Notes: generated from the letters alone by a model not told the origin. Counted from the first letter of the stretch, positions 25,719-39,326 are shown. The stretch is DNA of 64,000 nucleotides from Octopus vulgaris (GCA_951406725.2 OX597819.1:45570001-45634000); one strand, 5' to 3'. Numbers and translations are program-made.

Positions 25719-26526
25719 TATATATGTATAATAAATATACATACATATATATGCATATATGTGTTGTGTGTGTGTGTTTGTATGCATATACACACATTCA
25801 TCTGTGTGTATGCTTGGTTGTCTGTCAATACCTCCATCTATCCACTTCCATCCACTCAACCATTCTTCTCTCTATCCATTCAACCGTCCATTTATATCCC
25901 CACTTCTTCCGGAATCATGCCTATTGTTGCTAAAAGCATATCTGGCTTGCAGGAACTCTCAGCAAACTCACCTCACCATGCTGTGATAATAATTATTATT
26001 GTTTTGTTTTGTCTTGTTTTTTTCGTATAAAATTTAAGTTTTAAAATTTTTTCATAAAATGATTATTTTTGTGTCTTTTATTTAATTTTGCTTTTGCTTT
26101 ATATTATTTCTGTATTTTATAGTAAAAGTAACGATGAGGGTTTCGTCTTAAAATTTCCATCTGCTAACGAATATCGAGTCGAAGCATCACTAACGAATTA
26201 CACTCCGCTGAGTCGCATCGTATCCCTTATCTTTGCACTAGTCTCAACACACTCTCGCGTTATTCCCATCATTATGAAAATCTCCAACAACATTACCAGT
26301 ATTACGTCTTTCACAACCCTCACCGTTATCACCCCCCATCACGGCTATTACCGCCATCATCACCGCACTGCCGTCGTCTTTTCCCACTCTCGAGAGCGAA
26401 ACCAATCAGCAACAAGGTTTCAAACTCAGGTTGAATACATTTCTGCTAACTTCAAATTGTAATGCATTACAGAAAGCCATTTTCAGTTTCTCTTAAACAT
26501 AGAGCTGAAGTGTATGTTTAAATGGT

Positions 26527-26908
26527 GGATGCGCAATGGCCCAGTGGTTAGGGCAGCAGACTCGCGGTCGTAGGATCGCGGTTTCGATTCCCAGACCGGG
26601 CGTTGTGAGTGTTTATTGAGCGAAAACACCTAAGCTCCACGAGGCTCCAGCAGGGGATGGTGGTGATCTCTGCTGTACTCTTTCACCACAACTTTCTCTT
26701 ACTTCCTGTTTCTGTTGTACATGTATTTCAAAGGGGCCGGCCTTGTCACTCTCTGTGTCACGCTGAATATCCCCGAGAACTACGTTAAGGGTACACGTGT
26801 CTGTGGAATGCTCAGCCACTTACACGTCAATTTCACGAGCAGGCTGTTCCGTTGATCGGATCAACCGGAACCCTCGTCGTCGTAACCGACGGAGTGCTTA
26901 AGGAAAGG
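26527..26908 (+). mobile_element. SINE-C, full length, with a tRNA-like head
   Basis: Box A tggcccagtggttagg, box B ggtttcgattcc. Imperfect TSD atgtttaaatgg (26514-26525) / atgtttagatgg (26909-26920). Highly similar to 38959-39326(-). Confidence 0.92.
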
Positions 26909-26997
26909 ATGTTTAGATGGAAATAAAAAAATAAATAATAATAATAATGATAATGTTATGTATAAGGATGGTCATATTTTTTCCCGCTAAATTAATC

Positions 26998-27782
26998 CTT
27001 TCTACTGTAGGCACTCCCCTGGAATTTTTGGGGAGGGGACCAATCGACTAGATGGACCCCAGTACTTGACTGGTTTTTAATTTATCGACTCCGGAAGGAT
27101 AAAATGCAAAGTCAGCCCCTGCCCTCGAAGGAATTTGAACTCAGAACGTAGCGGTAGACGAAATACTTCTATGCATTACGCCCAGCGAAATAACGATTCT
27201 GTCAGCTCATCGCCTTGTCAGCTAAAATACACCTTTCTACCCAAGGCACAAGGCCTTGAAATTTTGGGACAGGTGACTAGTAGATTACATCGACCGCAGT
27301 TTTTCACTGATACATAATTTATCGACCCGGAAAGGATGAAATACAAAGTCAACATTGGCAGAATTTGAACTCAGAACTCAGCGGCAGACGAAATACTGCC
27401 AAGCATTTTGCCCAGCGTGCTAACGATTCTGCCAATTCGCCGACTTATGGGGTAACAATATTTTTTACTACTCTAGGCACAAGAACCGAACTTTCTGGAG
27501 AGGGAGAAGTCGATTAGATCGATCTTGTAGAGTACAAATCCAATCGTTAGGACAGACACTGATTTATATTTAATTTGTTCAACTCTAGGCACAACGCCCG
27601 AAATTTTGGGGGAGGGGGGCCAGTCGATTAGATCGACCCCTAGTACGCAACTGGTACTTAATTTATCGACCCCGAAAGGATAAAAGGCAAAGTCGACTAC
27701 GACAGAATTTGAATACAGAACGTAATGACAGACGAAATACCGCTAAGCCCGGCGTGGTAACGTCTTTGCCATCTCGCCTTGT
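26998..27782 (-). mobile_element. Cluster of four head-to-tail SINE-B copies or fragments
   Basis: The block tttatcgacc.cggaaaggat..aa...caaagtc...gaatttgaa recurs at ~27080, ~27318 and ~27662; a tail-only piece lies at 27465-27522. Confidence 0.85.
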
Positions 27783-27960
27783 CAGCTAAAATAATAAAAA
27801 ATATATCAAAGCCGAAGTGAGGACCAAATAGATAGTGCGTGTGTTTAACTGGCAAAAATATGACCATTCTCAAATAACAATATCTGTTTCGACACACGAT
27901 TTCACATTAAGAGTCTTGTAAAACTAAGGGATAAACGTAATAATAATAATAATAATAATG

Positions 27961-28031
<71 letters not shown>

Positions 28032-28208
28032 TGTTCCTGGTGTATTCTTGCACCACAACTTCTCTCACTCTTTCTTCCTGTTTTTGTTGTACTTGTATTT
28101 CAAAGGGCCACGCTGAATATACCCCAGAATACGTTAAATATACACGAGCCGTCTGTTCCGTTGATCAGTTCAACTGGAACCTTCGTTGTCGCAACCGACG
28201 GAGTTCAG
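28032..28208 (+). mobile_element. SINE-C 3' half with internal deletions, following an (AAT)n array
   Basis: caccacaacttctctcactc...cacgctgaatatacccc...caactggaaccttcgttgtcgcaaccgacggag. Confidence 0.8.
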
Positions 28209-28212
28209 CGAC

Positions 28213-28301
<89 letters not shown>

Positions 28302-28307
<6 letters not shown>

Positions 28308-28690
28308 ATTCACAAAACAAAAGACGAAGACAGGTGGTGTAGACAACAAACAGCTCTATTAGTTTAACGCTCGGGAAGTGAAAAGTCTTTAACGTTTCGA
28401 GCCTACTCTCTTCCACGGAAATGAACACAAAAAGAAACAAGGAGAGAAAATAAAGAATGTGTAGTGGCTAGCGATCATCATGGCGAATGCTGGACAGAGG
28501 GGTCGACAATAGGAAAAAGCAGAAAGTATAAGTATTTTAAAGAGTACAAAAAGTTAAGAAAAGTTCAAAAGGTTCAAAAGCTTCGACCGTCGTGGTGTAT
28601 TGAAGCGATTTCTCATCAACAGAGGATTCCAGTAAAATCCATGGGCAGGAGAGGTGCAGGTGAAGTGCACGAGAGTAGAAAGTCCATATA
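28302..28690 (-). mobile_element. Penelope-like terminal repeat with a decayed hammerhead motif
   Basis: Homologous to 41584-41830. The reverse strand of 28386-28421 reads ttt-CCGTGGA-A-GAGA-gtag-GCTC-GAAA-CG-TT-AAAGA. Confidence 0.6.
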
Positions 28691-28749
28691 TACATACGTG
28701 AATTTATATGCCTATACATCCATATATATATATATATACACTCTTTCTT

Positions 28750-28976
28750 TTTTTATTTTTACTTGTTTCAGTCATTTGACTACGGCCATGCTGGAGCACC
28801 GCCTCAATAGAGCAAATCTACCCCAGGACGTATTCTTTGTAAGCCTAGTACTTATTCTATCGATTTCTTTTGTCGAACCGCTAAGTTACGGGGACGTAAA
28901 CACACCAGCATCGGTTGTCAAGCGATGTTGGGGGGACAAACATGAACACACAAACATACACACAAACACACACGCG

Positions 28977-29033
<57 letters not shown>

Positions 29034-29040
29034 GACGGGA

Positions 29041-29090
<50 letters not shown>

Positions 29091-29253
29091 CATATAAGAC
29101 GGGCTTCTTCCAGTTTCCGTCTACCCCAAATCTCCCCTGACAAGGCTTTGGTCGGCCCGAGGCTATAGTAGAATACACTTGCCCAAGGTGCCACGCAGTG
29201 GGACTTAACCTATGACCAAGTGGTTAGTAAGCAAGCTACTTGCCAGACAGCCA
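28750..29253 (-). mobile_element. SINE-A, full length, with a locally duplicated microsatellite junction
   Basis: Both halves present; gacgggattctttca (29032) and gacgggcttcttcca (29098) repeat around the (CA)n(TA)n. Confidence 0.9.
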
Positions 29254-29347
29254 TGTGAATGTACATACGTACATATATATGAATATATACATATATGTAT
29301 GTATATACATATACGTTTTATATATATATATGTATGTATATACATAT

Positions 29348-29390
<43 letters not shown>

Positions 29391-29403
29391 ATACATATAT
29401 GTT

Positions 29404-29462
<59 letters not shown>

Positions 29463-29570
29463 TTATGCATATACGTATGGATGGATGGAAGGAAGGAAGG
29501 AAGGAGGGATGGATATGCGGGGCTGAGGTAAGAAACGTGCTTCCCAATCGCATGGTTCCGTCTTCAGTCC

Positions 29571-29629
<59 letters not shown>

Positions 29630-29678
29630 TACACACATATATACATATACATATACACATGTGTATGTATGAATGTAT

Positions 29679-29724
<46 letters not shown>

Positions 29725-30218
29725 CTTTCAATTATTATAAAGATCCATTAAGAATCGAGACATCCGCATGTCAAAAAGTGACAAGATATAAATAAACTAA
29801 GAGCTGACACTGAAAAAATACAACAGAGTAGACACCAAATGCTAACAGGATACTCTACTTACGTAAATAATAAATCCACTTAATAACCAGCGATCCTACA
29901 CACTGGTTGTTCACGTATGTCTGCATGCATGTATCTTTGTGTGTATGTGTATGTTTGTGCGTGTTTTTGTGTATACGTGTATTAGAAGGTTATAAGTGAC
30001 ACAAACGCTATTCATTATGGTATCACCTTAATTACACATTGATTATAGTGAAAAATCACTGAGTAGATAATATAATATGCATAGCCTTTCATTATAAATT
30101 AATCTAAAAAGCTTAAAACGTTGAACGTATAACGAGTTCTTAATAAATGAACTCAAGGAAAAAAATTCATCCTTGCGTAATTAAAACCCCTTTTTATTAT
30201 AGTATTTAGTGTTTAATA

Positions 30219-30617
30219 GGGCGTCAAGCTGGCAGAATCCTTTGCAGGCAGGGCGAAATGCGTGGCCGTGTTTCGTCTGCCGTTACGTACCGAGTTCAAA
30301 TTCCGCCGAGGTCGACTTTGCCTTTCACCCCTTTCGGGGTCGATTAAATAAGTACCAGTTACGCACTGGGGTCGTTATAATCGAATCAATCCGTTTGTTT
30401 GTCTGTCCTTGTTTGTTCTCTTTGTGTTTAGCCCCTTGTGGGTAGTAAAGAAATAGGCATTTCATCTTCCGTTACGAGTTCAAATTCCGCCGAGGTCGAC
30501 TTTGCCTTTCATCCTTTTGAGGTTGATTAAATAAGTACCAGTTACGTACTGGGGTGGATCTAATCGACTGACTACCTCCCCCAAAATTTTGGGCCTTATA
30601 CTTAGAACAGAAAAGAA
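30219..30617 (+). mobile_element. Dimeric SINE-B with a 16-bp TSD (second copy 32183-32581 via the duplication)
   Basis: TSD tatttagtgtttaata at 30203-30218 and 30618-30633; two box-B/body units inside. Confidence 0.92.
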
Positions 30618-30654
30618 TATTTAGTGTTTAATAACTCATTTAATAATGTTCGGC

Positions 30655-30992
30655 AAGCGCAGTATGGCCGAATGGTTTGGAAGTTCACTTCGCAACATCG
30701 CTGTCAAGGGTTCAATCGCTTTGCATGGCATCTTGAGCAAATATCCTTTTATATAACTGCAGATTATTCAAAATTGTGTGAGTGAAATTCGTTATATTGG
30801 AACTGTATGGAAGCCCGTTCACTGGCTTGTACTTATAATTCTAAAGATATATCCTTGTTACATATACTACTGACTGAGAGTTTTCATGAAAGACACACTT
30901 TATTGCGGTGTTTTTAGTTACTTATATATTAATTCAGAAGCAATTAATTCGGTTGAACGAACGACTAAATGCTCCTCGTCGAACGACGGTGA
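30655..30992 (+). mobile_element. Decayed chimeric SINE (A-like head, C-like tail); duplicate at 32619-32956
   Basis: gcatggcatcttgagcaaatatc...gtgagtgaaattcgtta...gaagcccgt (A-like), then cggttgaacgaacg...ctcgtcgaacgacgg (C-like). Confidence 0.55.
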
Positions 30993-31539
30993 TCCATTCC
31001 CAACATCAATTTTTGAATTAGCTTTTAGGGCAATGTATAGGAAGTAAATGTTGTGGTTTCATTGCGGTTGGGTAATGACACAGCTGTTCTTTTATAGTGA
31101 AGCATAAACGCCAGAGGTTATAAATACTAAAGATGATATTAAAGGTAATGAAATATAACAATTCAAGGTTTACAAAATATTATAGCATATCCCTCACCCC
31201 AAATTATAAACTCTCATTAGGGTTGAGAAAGAAATGCATGGATAAAAGGGAAGGCGATTAATTAGAAGAATTAATTCGCATTCAAGACATACCAGGAACA
31301 AGCGCGCTTGAACAGTTAAGCTGCAAACTGCGAACAATGTAATGACAATTAAATGTCAAATATACATATACGTTTATATATATATATGTATGTATATACA
31401 TATATGTTTATATATATAATATATATATATATATATGTATGTATATAATAAATTATGCATATACGTATGGATAAGGGATGGATATGCGGGGCTGAGGTAA
31501 GAAACGTGCTTCCCAATCGCATGGTTCCGTCTTCAGTCC

Positions 31540-31594
<55 letters not shown>

Positions 31595-31643
31595 TACACA
31601 CATATATACATATACATATACACATGTGTATGTATGAATGTAT

Positions 31644-31689
<46 letters not shown>

Positions 31690-33424
31690 CTTTCAATTAT
31701 TATAAAGATCCATAAGAATCGAGACATCCGCATGTCAAAAAGTGACAAGATATAAATAAACTAAGAGCTGACACTGAAAAAATACAACAGAGTAGACACC
31801 AAATGCTAACAGGATACTCTACTTACGTAAATAATAAATCCACTTAATAACCAGCGATCCTACACACTGGTTGTTCACGTATGTCTGCATGCATGTATCT
31901 TTGTGTGTATGTGTATGTTTGTGCGTGTTTTTGTGTATACGTGTATTAGAAGGTTATAAGTGACACAAACGCTATTCATTATGGTATCACCTTAATTACA
32001 CATTGATTATAGTGAAAAATCACTGAGTAGATAATATAATATGCATAGCCTTTCATTATAAATTAATCTAAAAAGCTTAAAACGTTGAACGTATAACGAG
32101 TTCTTAATAAATGAACTCAAGGAAAAAAATTCATCCTTGCGTAATTAAAACCCCTTTTTATTATAGTATTTAGTGTTTAATAGGGCGTCAAGCTGGCAGA
32201 ATCCTTTGCAGGCAGGGCGAAATGCGTGGCCGTGTTTCGTCTGCCGTTACGTACCGAGTTCAAATTCCGCCGAGGTCGACTTTGCCTTTCACCCCTTTCG
32301 GGGTCGATTAAATAAGTACCAGTTACGCACTGGGGTCGTTATAATCGAATCAATCCGTTTGTTTGTCTGTCCTTGTTTGTTCTCTTTGTGTTTAGCCCCT
32401 TGTGGGTAGTAAAGAAATAGGCATTTCATCTTCCGTTACGAGTTCAAATTCCGCCGAGGTCGACTTTGCCTTTCATCCTTTTGAGGTTGATTAAATAAGT
32501 ACCAGTTACGTACTGGGGTGGATCTAATCGACTGACTACCTCCCCCAAAATTTTGGGCCTTATACTTAGAACAGAAAAGAATATTTAGTGTTTAATAACT
32601 CATTTAATAATGTTCGGCAAGCGCAGTATGGCCGAATGGTTTGGAAGTTCACTTCGCAACATCGCTGTCAAGGGTTCAATCGCTTTGCATGGCATCTTGA
32701 GCAAATATCCTTTTATATAACTGCAGATTATTCAAAATTGTGTGAGTGAAATTCGTTATATTGGAACTGTATGGAAGCCCGTTCACTGGCTTGTACTTAT
32801 AATTCTAAAGATATATCCTTGTTACATATACTACTGACTGAGAGTTTTCATGAAAGACACACTTTATTGCGGTGTTTTTAGTTACTTATATATTAATTCA
32901 GAAGCAATTAATTCGGTTGAACGAACGACTAAATGCTCCTCGTCGAACGACGGTGATCCATTCCCAACATCAATTTTTGAATTAGCTTTTAGGGCAATGT
33001 ATAGGAAGTAAATGTTGTGGTTTCATTGCGGTTGGGTAATGACACAGCTGTTCTTTTATAGTGAAGCATAAACGCCAGAGGTTATAAATACTAAAGATGA
33101 TATTAAAGGTAATGAAATATAACAATTCAAGGTTTACAAAATATTATAGCATATCCCTCACCCCAAATTATAAACTCTCATTAGGGTTGAGAAAGAAATG
33201 CATGGATAAAAGGGAAGGCGATTAATTAGAAGAATTAATTCGCATTCAAGACATACCAGGAACAAGCGCGCTTGAACAGTTAAGCTGCAAACTGCGAACA
33301 ATGTGACAATTAAATGTCAAACATACGAATAATAAATAAATAAATATTTAAATAAATAAATACATAAATAAATGCATGTATCTAGAAAACCCATTAAGGT
33401 ATCTTTGTTATTATAAATTGTGTT

Positions 33425-33885
33425 AAGATGGCGTGCTGACAGAACAGTTAGTATACCGAACTAAATGCTTCGCAGTATTTCGTCTGACTTTAAGTTCTCA
33501 GTTCAAATTCTACCCCGGTCGACTTTACCTGTCGTCCATTCGAGGACGATAAAATAAGTACCAATGAAATACTGGGGAGGGAGGGTCGATGTAATCGACC
33601 TCCCCCTGCCCTCAACACCTGTTGGCCCTGTGCCAAAATATGAAACCATTATAAAGCGTGATTTGTTAAGGATAAGGAAATAAATTGACCAAATATGAAT
33701 ATTTGTATATGATTAGACGGCGTACTGGCTGAATCGTTAGCACCCTGGGTAAACTGCTTACATTCCAAGTTCGAATTCCCCTGAGTACGACTTTGCATTT
33801 CATCAATAAAATAAGTACCAATTGAGCAGAAAGGTCGATGTAAACGTCTAGTCCCCTCTCCCAAAATATCAGTCCAAAATTTTAA
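33425..33885 (+). mobile_element. Two decayed SINE-B copies (33425-33650, 33715-33885)
   Basis: Head and body motifs gttcaaattc, gtcgacttt, aaaataagtacca. Confidence 0.75.
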
Positions 33886-34098
33886 ATCAGTATCTGTATG
33901 TGATTGTTTTGATCTGTAAGAAATAGCAGTCGTGTCACACTCAAATCACACTCAAACGTTCTAATGAAGGGATACGATAGTTAATTTGATACCTCAAAAT
34001 ATACACAGCAAAGACTGACCTTGATTAAGTAATAACAATAAAGATATACCATGGAACCTTGTAGTCATCTGCTACTACAATGTAATTCAAGTTTTTCT

Positions 34099-34500
34099 AA
34101 GGCGGCGAGTTGGCAGAAACGTTAGCATGCCGGGCGAAATGCGAAGCCGTATTTCGTCTGCCGCTACGTTCTGAGTTCAAATTCCACCGAGGTTGACTTT
34201 GCCTTTCATCCTTTCGGGGGTCGATTAAATAAATACCAGTTACGCACTGGGGTCGATCTAATCGACTTAATCTGTTTGTCGGTCCTTGTTTATCCTCCCT
34301 ATGTTTAGCCCCTTGTGGGTAGTAAAAAAATAGGTATTTCGTCTGTCTTTACGTACTGAGTTCAAATTCCGCCGAGGTCGACTTTGCATTTCATCCTTTC
34401 GGGGTCGATAAATTAAGTACCAGTTGCGTAGTGAGGCTTATGTAATCGACTGCCCCACCCCACAAAAAAATTTGGGGGCCTTGTGCCTAGGATAAGAAAG
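34099..34500 (+). mobile_element. Dimeric SINE-B, independent insertion
   Basis: Same head-body-tail1-body-tail2 layout as 30219. Degenerate TSD aatgtaattcaagtttttctaa / aatgtaacttaagtttctaa. Confidence 0.9.
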
Positions 34501-35213
34501 AATGTAACTTAAGTTTCTAAACATATAAGACACATAGCTAAATAAGATCAACATTACTGTTTCCTACCCTGATTTAGCCATGTCATTAAAATAAAACATT
34601 GTTGGGGCTGAATTCAGCCAGAATTTAGTATCTTCTTTAATAACTGCTTATAGACCTTATCTTGTATTTTTTCATGCAGAGATTCTATAAAGAATCTCTT
34701 CATGCAGCTACGTAATTAAATATCATCTAAATATATATGAGAATTGATAGGTTATTAATATGAGTAACACTCGCCAAATACAAAATAATAAAAGCAAAAA
34801 AAAAAAATTTTTGCAAGGGTCACTACTTGATCGATCACCCCTGATACAAATAGCAACAAAATCTGAATCAAATCTTACAATGCCATCTTATAAAAGACAT
34901 GAGAATATTTTCGTGTTGAGTTCATTACATTCAAGAAAATATGAGTTGGACACAGTTGGAATGTATTTTATTACACGTATAAAAAAACATGATGATCTCC
35001 CCTGTTTTGTTCTTTGATGAAGTCCTATGGCTTAAAGTTGCACATCTCTTTTATAAAGCTCAACCGAGTAATTTATTCATTTATTAACATCAGGAGAGTC
35101 ATGTCAAACGTTTGCGTATGTTAGTGGTCTTAATGTAAAAATAACTGATATTTCTACTCTTTGCATTCAATATAGCATATTAGTCTCTTCTTCAGTTCGC
35201 AAGCAGTGAACCT

Positions 35214-35270
<57 letters not shown>

Positions 35271-35982
35271 TGTCATTGATTTTATTTTTATTATAGTTGT
35301 CGTCGTTGTGGTTAACCATATAGATTGAAGGGTCTAAAATAATATTATTACTTGTCGAATAACCGTTTTGTTTTTTCAATGTTGAACTTTTCGGACGAGA
35401 ACCAATCATCAATATGTAAGAACAAAAGGAAAAGAAAGTAAAGGAACAGAATGAAAAAAAAATAAGGAAAAATAAAAGAAAGAATTAACGTGTAGAATAA
35501 TTTCAGTTCAACTTTGAAATAATTTCAAAATGACGCGGAACAAAGTCATTTCGGCTATAGGAGACAAGAGGACAGGTAAAGTGTAAGAGTTTCAATTGCA
35601 TGTATGCGTGTATACATGAAGGGTGATGTGTGTGTGTGCGTATGTCGTTGTGTTGTTGCGTAAGAGTGAGTACGTGTGTGGATCTGTATGTGCATGTTTA
35701 TTGTGTGAATCTAAAGTTGTGTATGTATGCGTCATTACGTGAATGACTCTTGTTCGTATTTCTTTTGGAATGTGCTTGTTTTCGTTTTAGAATATATCCT
35801 TTTTATTATATCGCGTGGAGAGGAATACATGCATGGAATATGGATGTTTTGGTGCTTTTTACACCGTGTTCAATTCTTGGACATGCATAGTTTAACCAGA
35901 TTCTCCAGATATTTACACAACTGGATTAACATTCGGCTTACCAGTTCGTATTACACTGGACATTTTATAGTGCTTAATGTAC

Positions 35983-36027
<45 letters not shown>

Positions 36028-36075
36028 TGAGTGAGTGCGAGCGTCTGTGTATGTCTCTGAGTGTGTGTATGAATA

Positions 36076-36120
<45 letters not shown>

Positions 36121-37619
36121 ATGTATATATAAACACATCCAACGTATGAGCTTATACATATATAATTGAAGACAGACATTACTCACACACACACGCATAT
36201 ATATATATATATATATACATACATGCACTCTCGCAAATGCACATGGACATATCTCACATGGACACGAACGTTTATTTGTCTAATTACGTCGCTGATTCTC
36301 TCTCTCCCTCTGTCTCTCTCTCTCTATATATATATATATATGTGTGTTTGTGTATGTATACATACACACACACGCATATATATATATATATATATAAATG
36401 TGTAAATATATATCTATACATATATATATGCACATATATATATATGCACATATACTTATACAAATGCATACATACAAGCCTACATACATATGCACATATA
36501 TGCATATATATAAGGGCGTGTGTATATGTACGTATGAATACGTCCTTACGTCTGTGTGCATCTATGCGTGTTTTTGTCTGTCTGTCCGTGTACCTGCGTA
36601 CATGTATGTATCTGTCTGTGAGTGTATGTATATAGGGAAGAAGACGAACATGCAGCATATTTCTTGGTAAATTGTTATTTTTTTTCTCTCAGCCAGTCAG
36701 TGTTGTTTCGATATTTAGTCAATAAGAATCCTTTGCTGGTCTTTGACGAACACTGCAACTTTAGCTCGGCTCAAACATCAAAGACACTTTTATTATTCAC
36801 CGCGTCTCTTATTGATTTTCAGTCAGAGACCTATCTTTGAACTGCCGCTTGCCTATATACATACATCAACATATACACTTACACTTATAGACGCAGTCAT
36901 ATTACATATATGTGCACATACAGTCATCCACTGCATATATCTATGTATGCAAAGGCACATACATACATACGTGTATATATATATGAATATATATATATAT
37001 GTATGTATATATATATATATGCAGGCACATATACACGGATATGTACATGCATGTACTCCTCATACATGCATATATATATACGTGTGTATATATATATAGA
37101 TATATGCATACACACACGCACATGCACACATATACATACATATATATATGTATGTATGCATGCATGCAAATATACATGTATAAACATGCATTTATGCATG
37201 CAGATACGGCTGCATATATATATACAGGCATGCAAGCTTGCTACTCTTCACGCTAGTCACATATGCATAAATGAATTCATACATACATACACACGCACAC
37301 AGATTCATATGACAAACACACATACATATATAAGCAGGCTGACAAGAAAACAAGTACACACGCATACATACACATACATCTACATACACATATGCAATAC
37401 TTATTCAGAATTTACTTAAGCGCTGAAAACACATTTATAGCTACATAGGTAGGTAGACATGGATATGGTGATAAATAGAGAGATAAATAGAAGGAAAAAT
37501 AGACAGAAAAAAAACTAACAAATAGCTAGATACATCATTTGTGGTTGCATATATATATATATATACATGAGCATATATACATACATATAAATATTTATAT
37601 AGATATGTATATATATATA

Positions 37620-38871
37620 TTAGGTGGGCAACTAATTTCCCGCGGTTTTTTTAAATTTAAATTTTTAAAAAAGGTTTAACAAAAAATAACAACTAATTAA
37701 TCAATAATGTAGTTACCCTTGTCGTTTACAACTTCTTTCCAACGTTCAACAAGATTTTCAATACATGGTAGAAGTCACTCGATTTCGACTTGAAAAATTG
37801 ATCCAACCAAGCTCTCAATTCTGCATCAGTATTGAACGAAACTCCGCACATAGCATTTGAATGAGATCGAAAGAGGTGGAAATGCGTTGGTGCCAAACCA
37901 GGAGAGTACGGCGGGTATGGCAGCACTTCCCAGCCATACGTTTGAATGGCTTCCTTGGTCATATTGGTGATATGAGGGCGGGCGTTGTCGTGCAGCAGAA
38001 GAACACCATGCTGACGATTAGATCTTTTCTCGTGAATTGCCGTGTTGAATCGTTCCATCTGTTGCACATAGAGTTCCGCGGTGACCGTTCGGTTCTGTTC
38101 AAACAATTCATAATGGATAATTCCTTCCCAATCCCACCATACGCACAACATCGTTTTACGTCGATGGAGATCTTATTTCACGCGCGGTGTCGCTTGTTTA
38201 CCGAGGCTAAGCCATTCCTTACGCTGATTCGTATTGATGTACAGGCACCATTTTTCGTCGCCAGTAACGATTCGGTATAGAAACCGTTGTTTATGTCCGT
38301 GATTCAAGCGTTGACGAGCAAGCAAACCAGCGGAGATTGAGGCTGGTTGATTTTTGTTGTTGTCACTTAAAGCATACGGAACTCATACTCCATACATTTG
38401 AACCTTTACCATCGAGTGAAGATGGTTCGCTATAACAGTGTGGGATCATTCCATTTTCTCTGCCAGTTCCCTTGTCGTTTGACGAGATTTTTCGAGCAAA
38501 AGTTGATTTAATCGCTCTTCATCGAACTCAACTGAACGGCCAGAACGAGGTACATCTTTGAGGTCAAAATTTCCATTTTTGATCTTGACATACCAATCAC
38601 GAGCAATTCTTTCAGCTATGGCACTCTCTCCATACACAGCACAAATGTTGCGAGCAGCTTTTGCGGCCTTAGAACCTTGATTAAAAGCGAAAAAGAAGGA
38701 GGTGTCTAAAATGTTCGTTTTTCTCAACTTGACGTTCCATATTAATGTTCTGAAAATAAACAAAATTTAACTAAAATTAACTAGAAAAAAGAAGAGATTC
38801 CAAAGTTTTAAAACGCTATAAATTTAAATTCCAAAATTTTTAAAATGGCGGGAACTTAGAAGCAAACCCAA
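37620..38871 (-). mobile_element. Full-length inactive mariner (DD34D) in (TA)n
   Basis: Imperfect TIRs ttaggtgggcaactaatttcccgcggtttt / aaaatggcgggaacttagaagcaaacccaa, TA flanks, 1252 bp. Confidence 0.93.
37697..38740 (-). pseudogene. Mariner transposase pseudogene
   Basis: MERQVEKNEHFR...AARNICAVYG...PRSGR...RIVTGDEKW...MLCVWWDWEG...LLHDNARPH...PPYSPGLAPTHFHLF. Several stops and frameshifts; the third D is lost. Confidence 0.93.
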
Positions 38872-38958
38872 TATATATGTGTGTGTATATATATAAAATA
38901 CATATATATATATATAAATATATTCATATATACATACGCATATGTACATATTTACATC

Positions 38959-39326
38959 TTGGAAGCACTCCGTCGGTTACGACGACGAGGGTTCCGGTTG
39001 ATCCGAATCAACGGAACAGCCTGCTCGTGAAATTAACCTGTAAGTGGCCGAGCACTCCACAGACACGTGTACCCTTAACGTAGTTCTCGGGGATATTCAG
39101 CGTGACACAGAGAGTGACAAGGCCGGCCCTTTGAAATACAGGTACAACAGAAGCAGGAAGTAAGAGTGAGAGAAAGTTGTGGTGAAAGAGTACAGCAGGG
39201 ATCACCACCATCCCCTGCAAGAGCCTCGTGGAGCTTTAAGGTGTTTTGGCTCAATAAACACTCACAATGCCCGGTCTGGGAATCGAAACCGCGATCCTAT
39301 GACCGAGAGTCCGCTGCCCTAACCAC
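38959..39326 (-). mobile_element. SINE-C, full length
   Basis: Reverse complement closely matches 26540-26898. Confidence 0.92.

Larger units (their letters stand above)
29304..33321 (+). repeat. Near-identical tandem duplication of ~2 kb (29304-31360, 31361-33321)
   Basis: Identical ORFs at 30209 and 32173 (offset 1964). By eye, the differences are confined to microsatellite lengths and the junction region. Confidence 0.97.

Noticed and set aside
26527-26605. tRNA-like sequence with A and B boxes
   Set aside because: It continues into a SINE body present in several copies and has a TSD, so it is a SINE head, not a tRNA gene.
26998-27782. Regularly recurring motif resembling a CRISPR or other array
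   Set aside because: The units are diverged SINE-B copies of unequal length; the context is eukaryotic and there are no cas genes.
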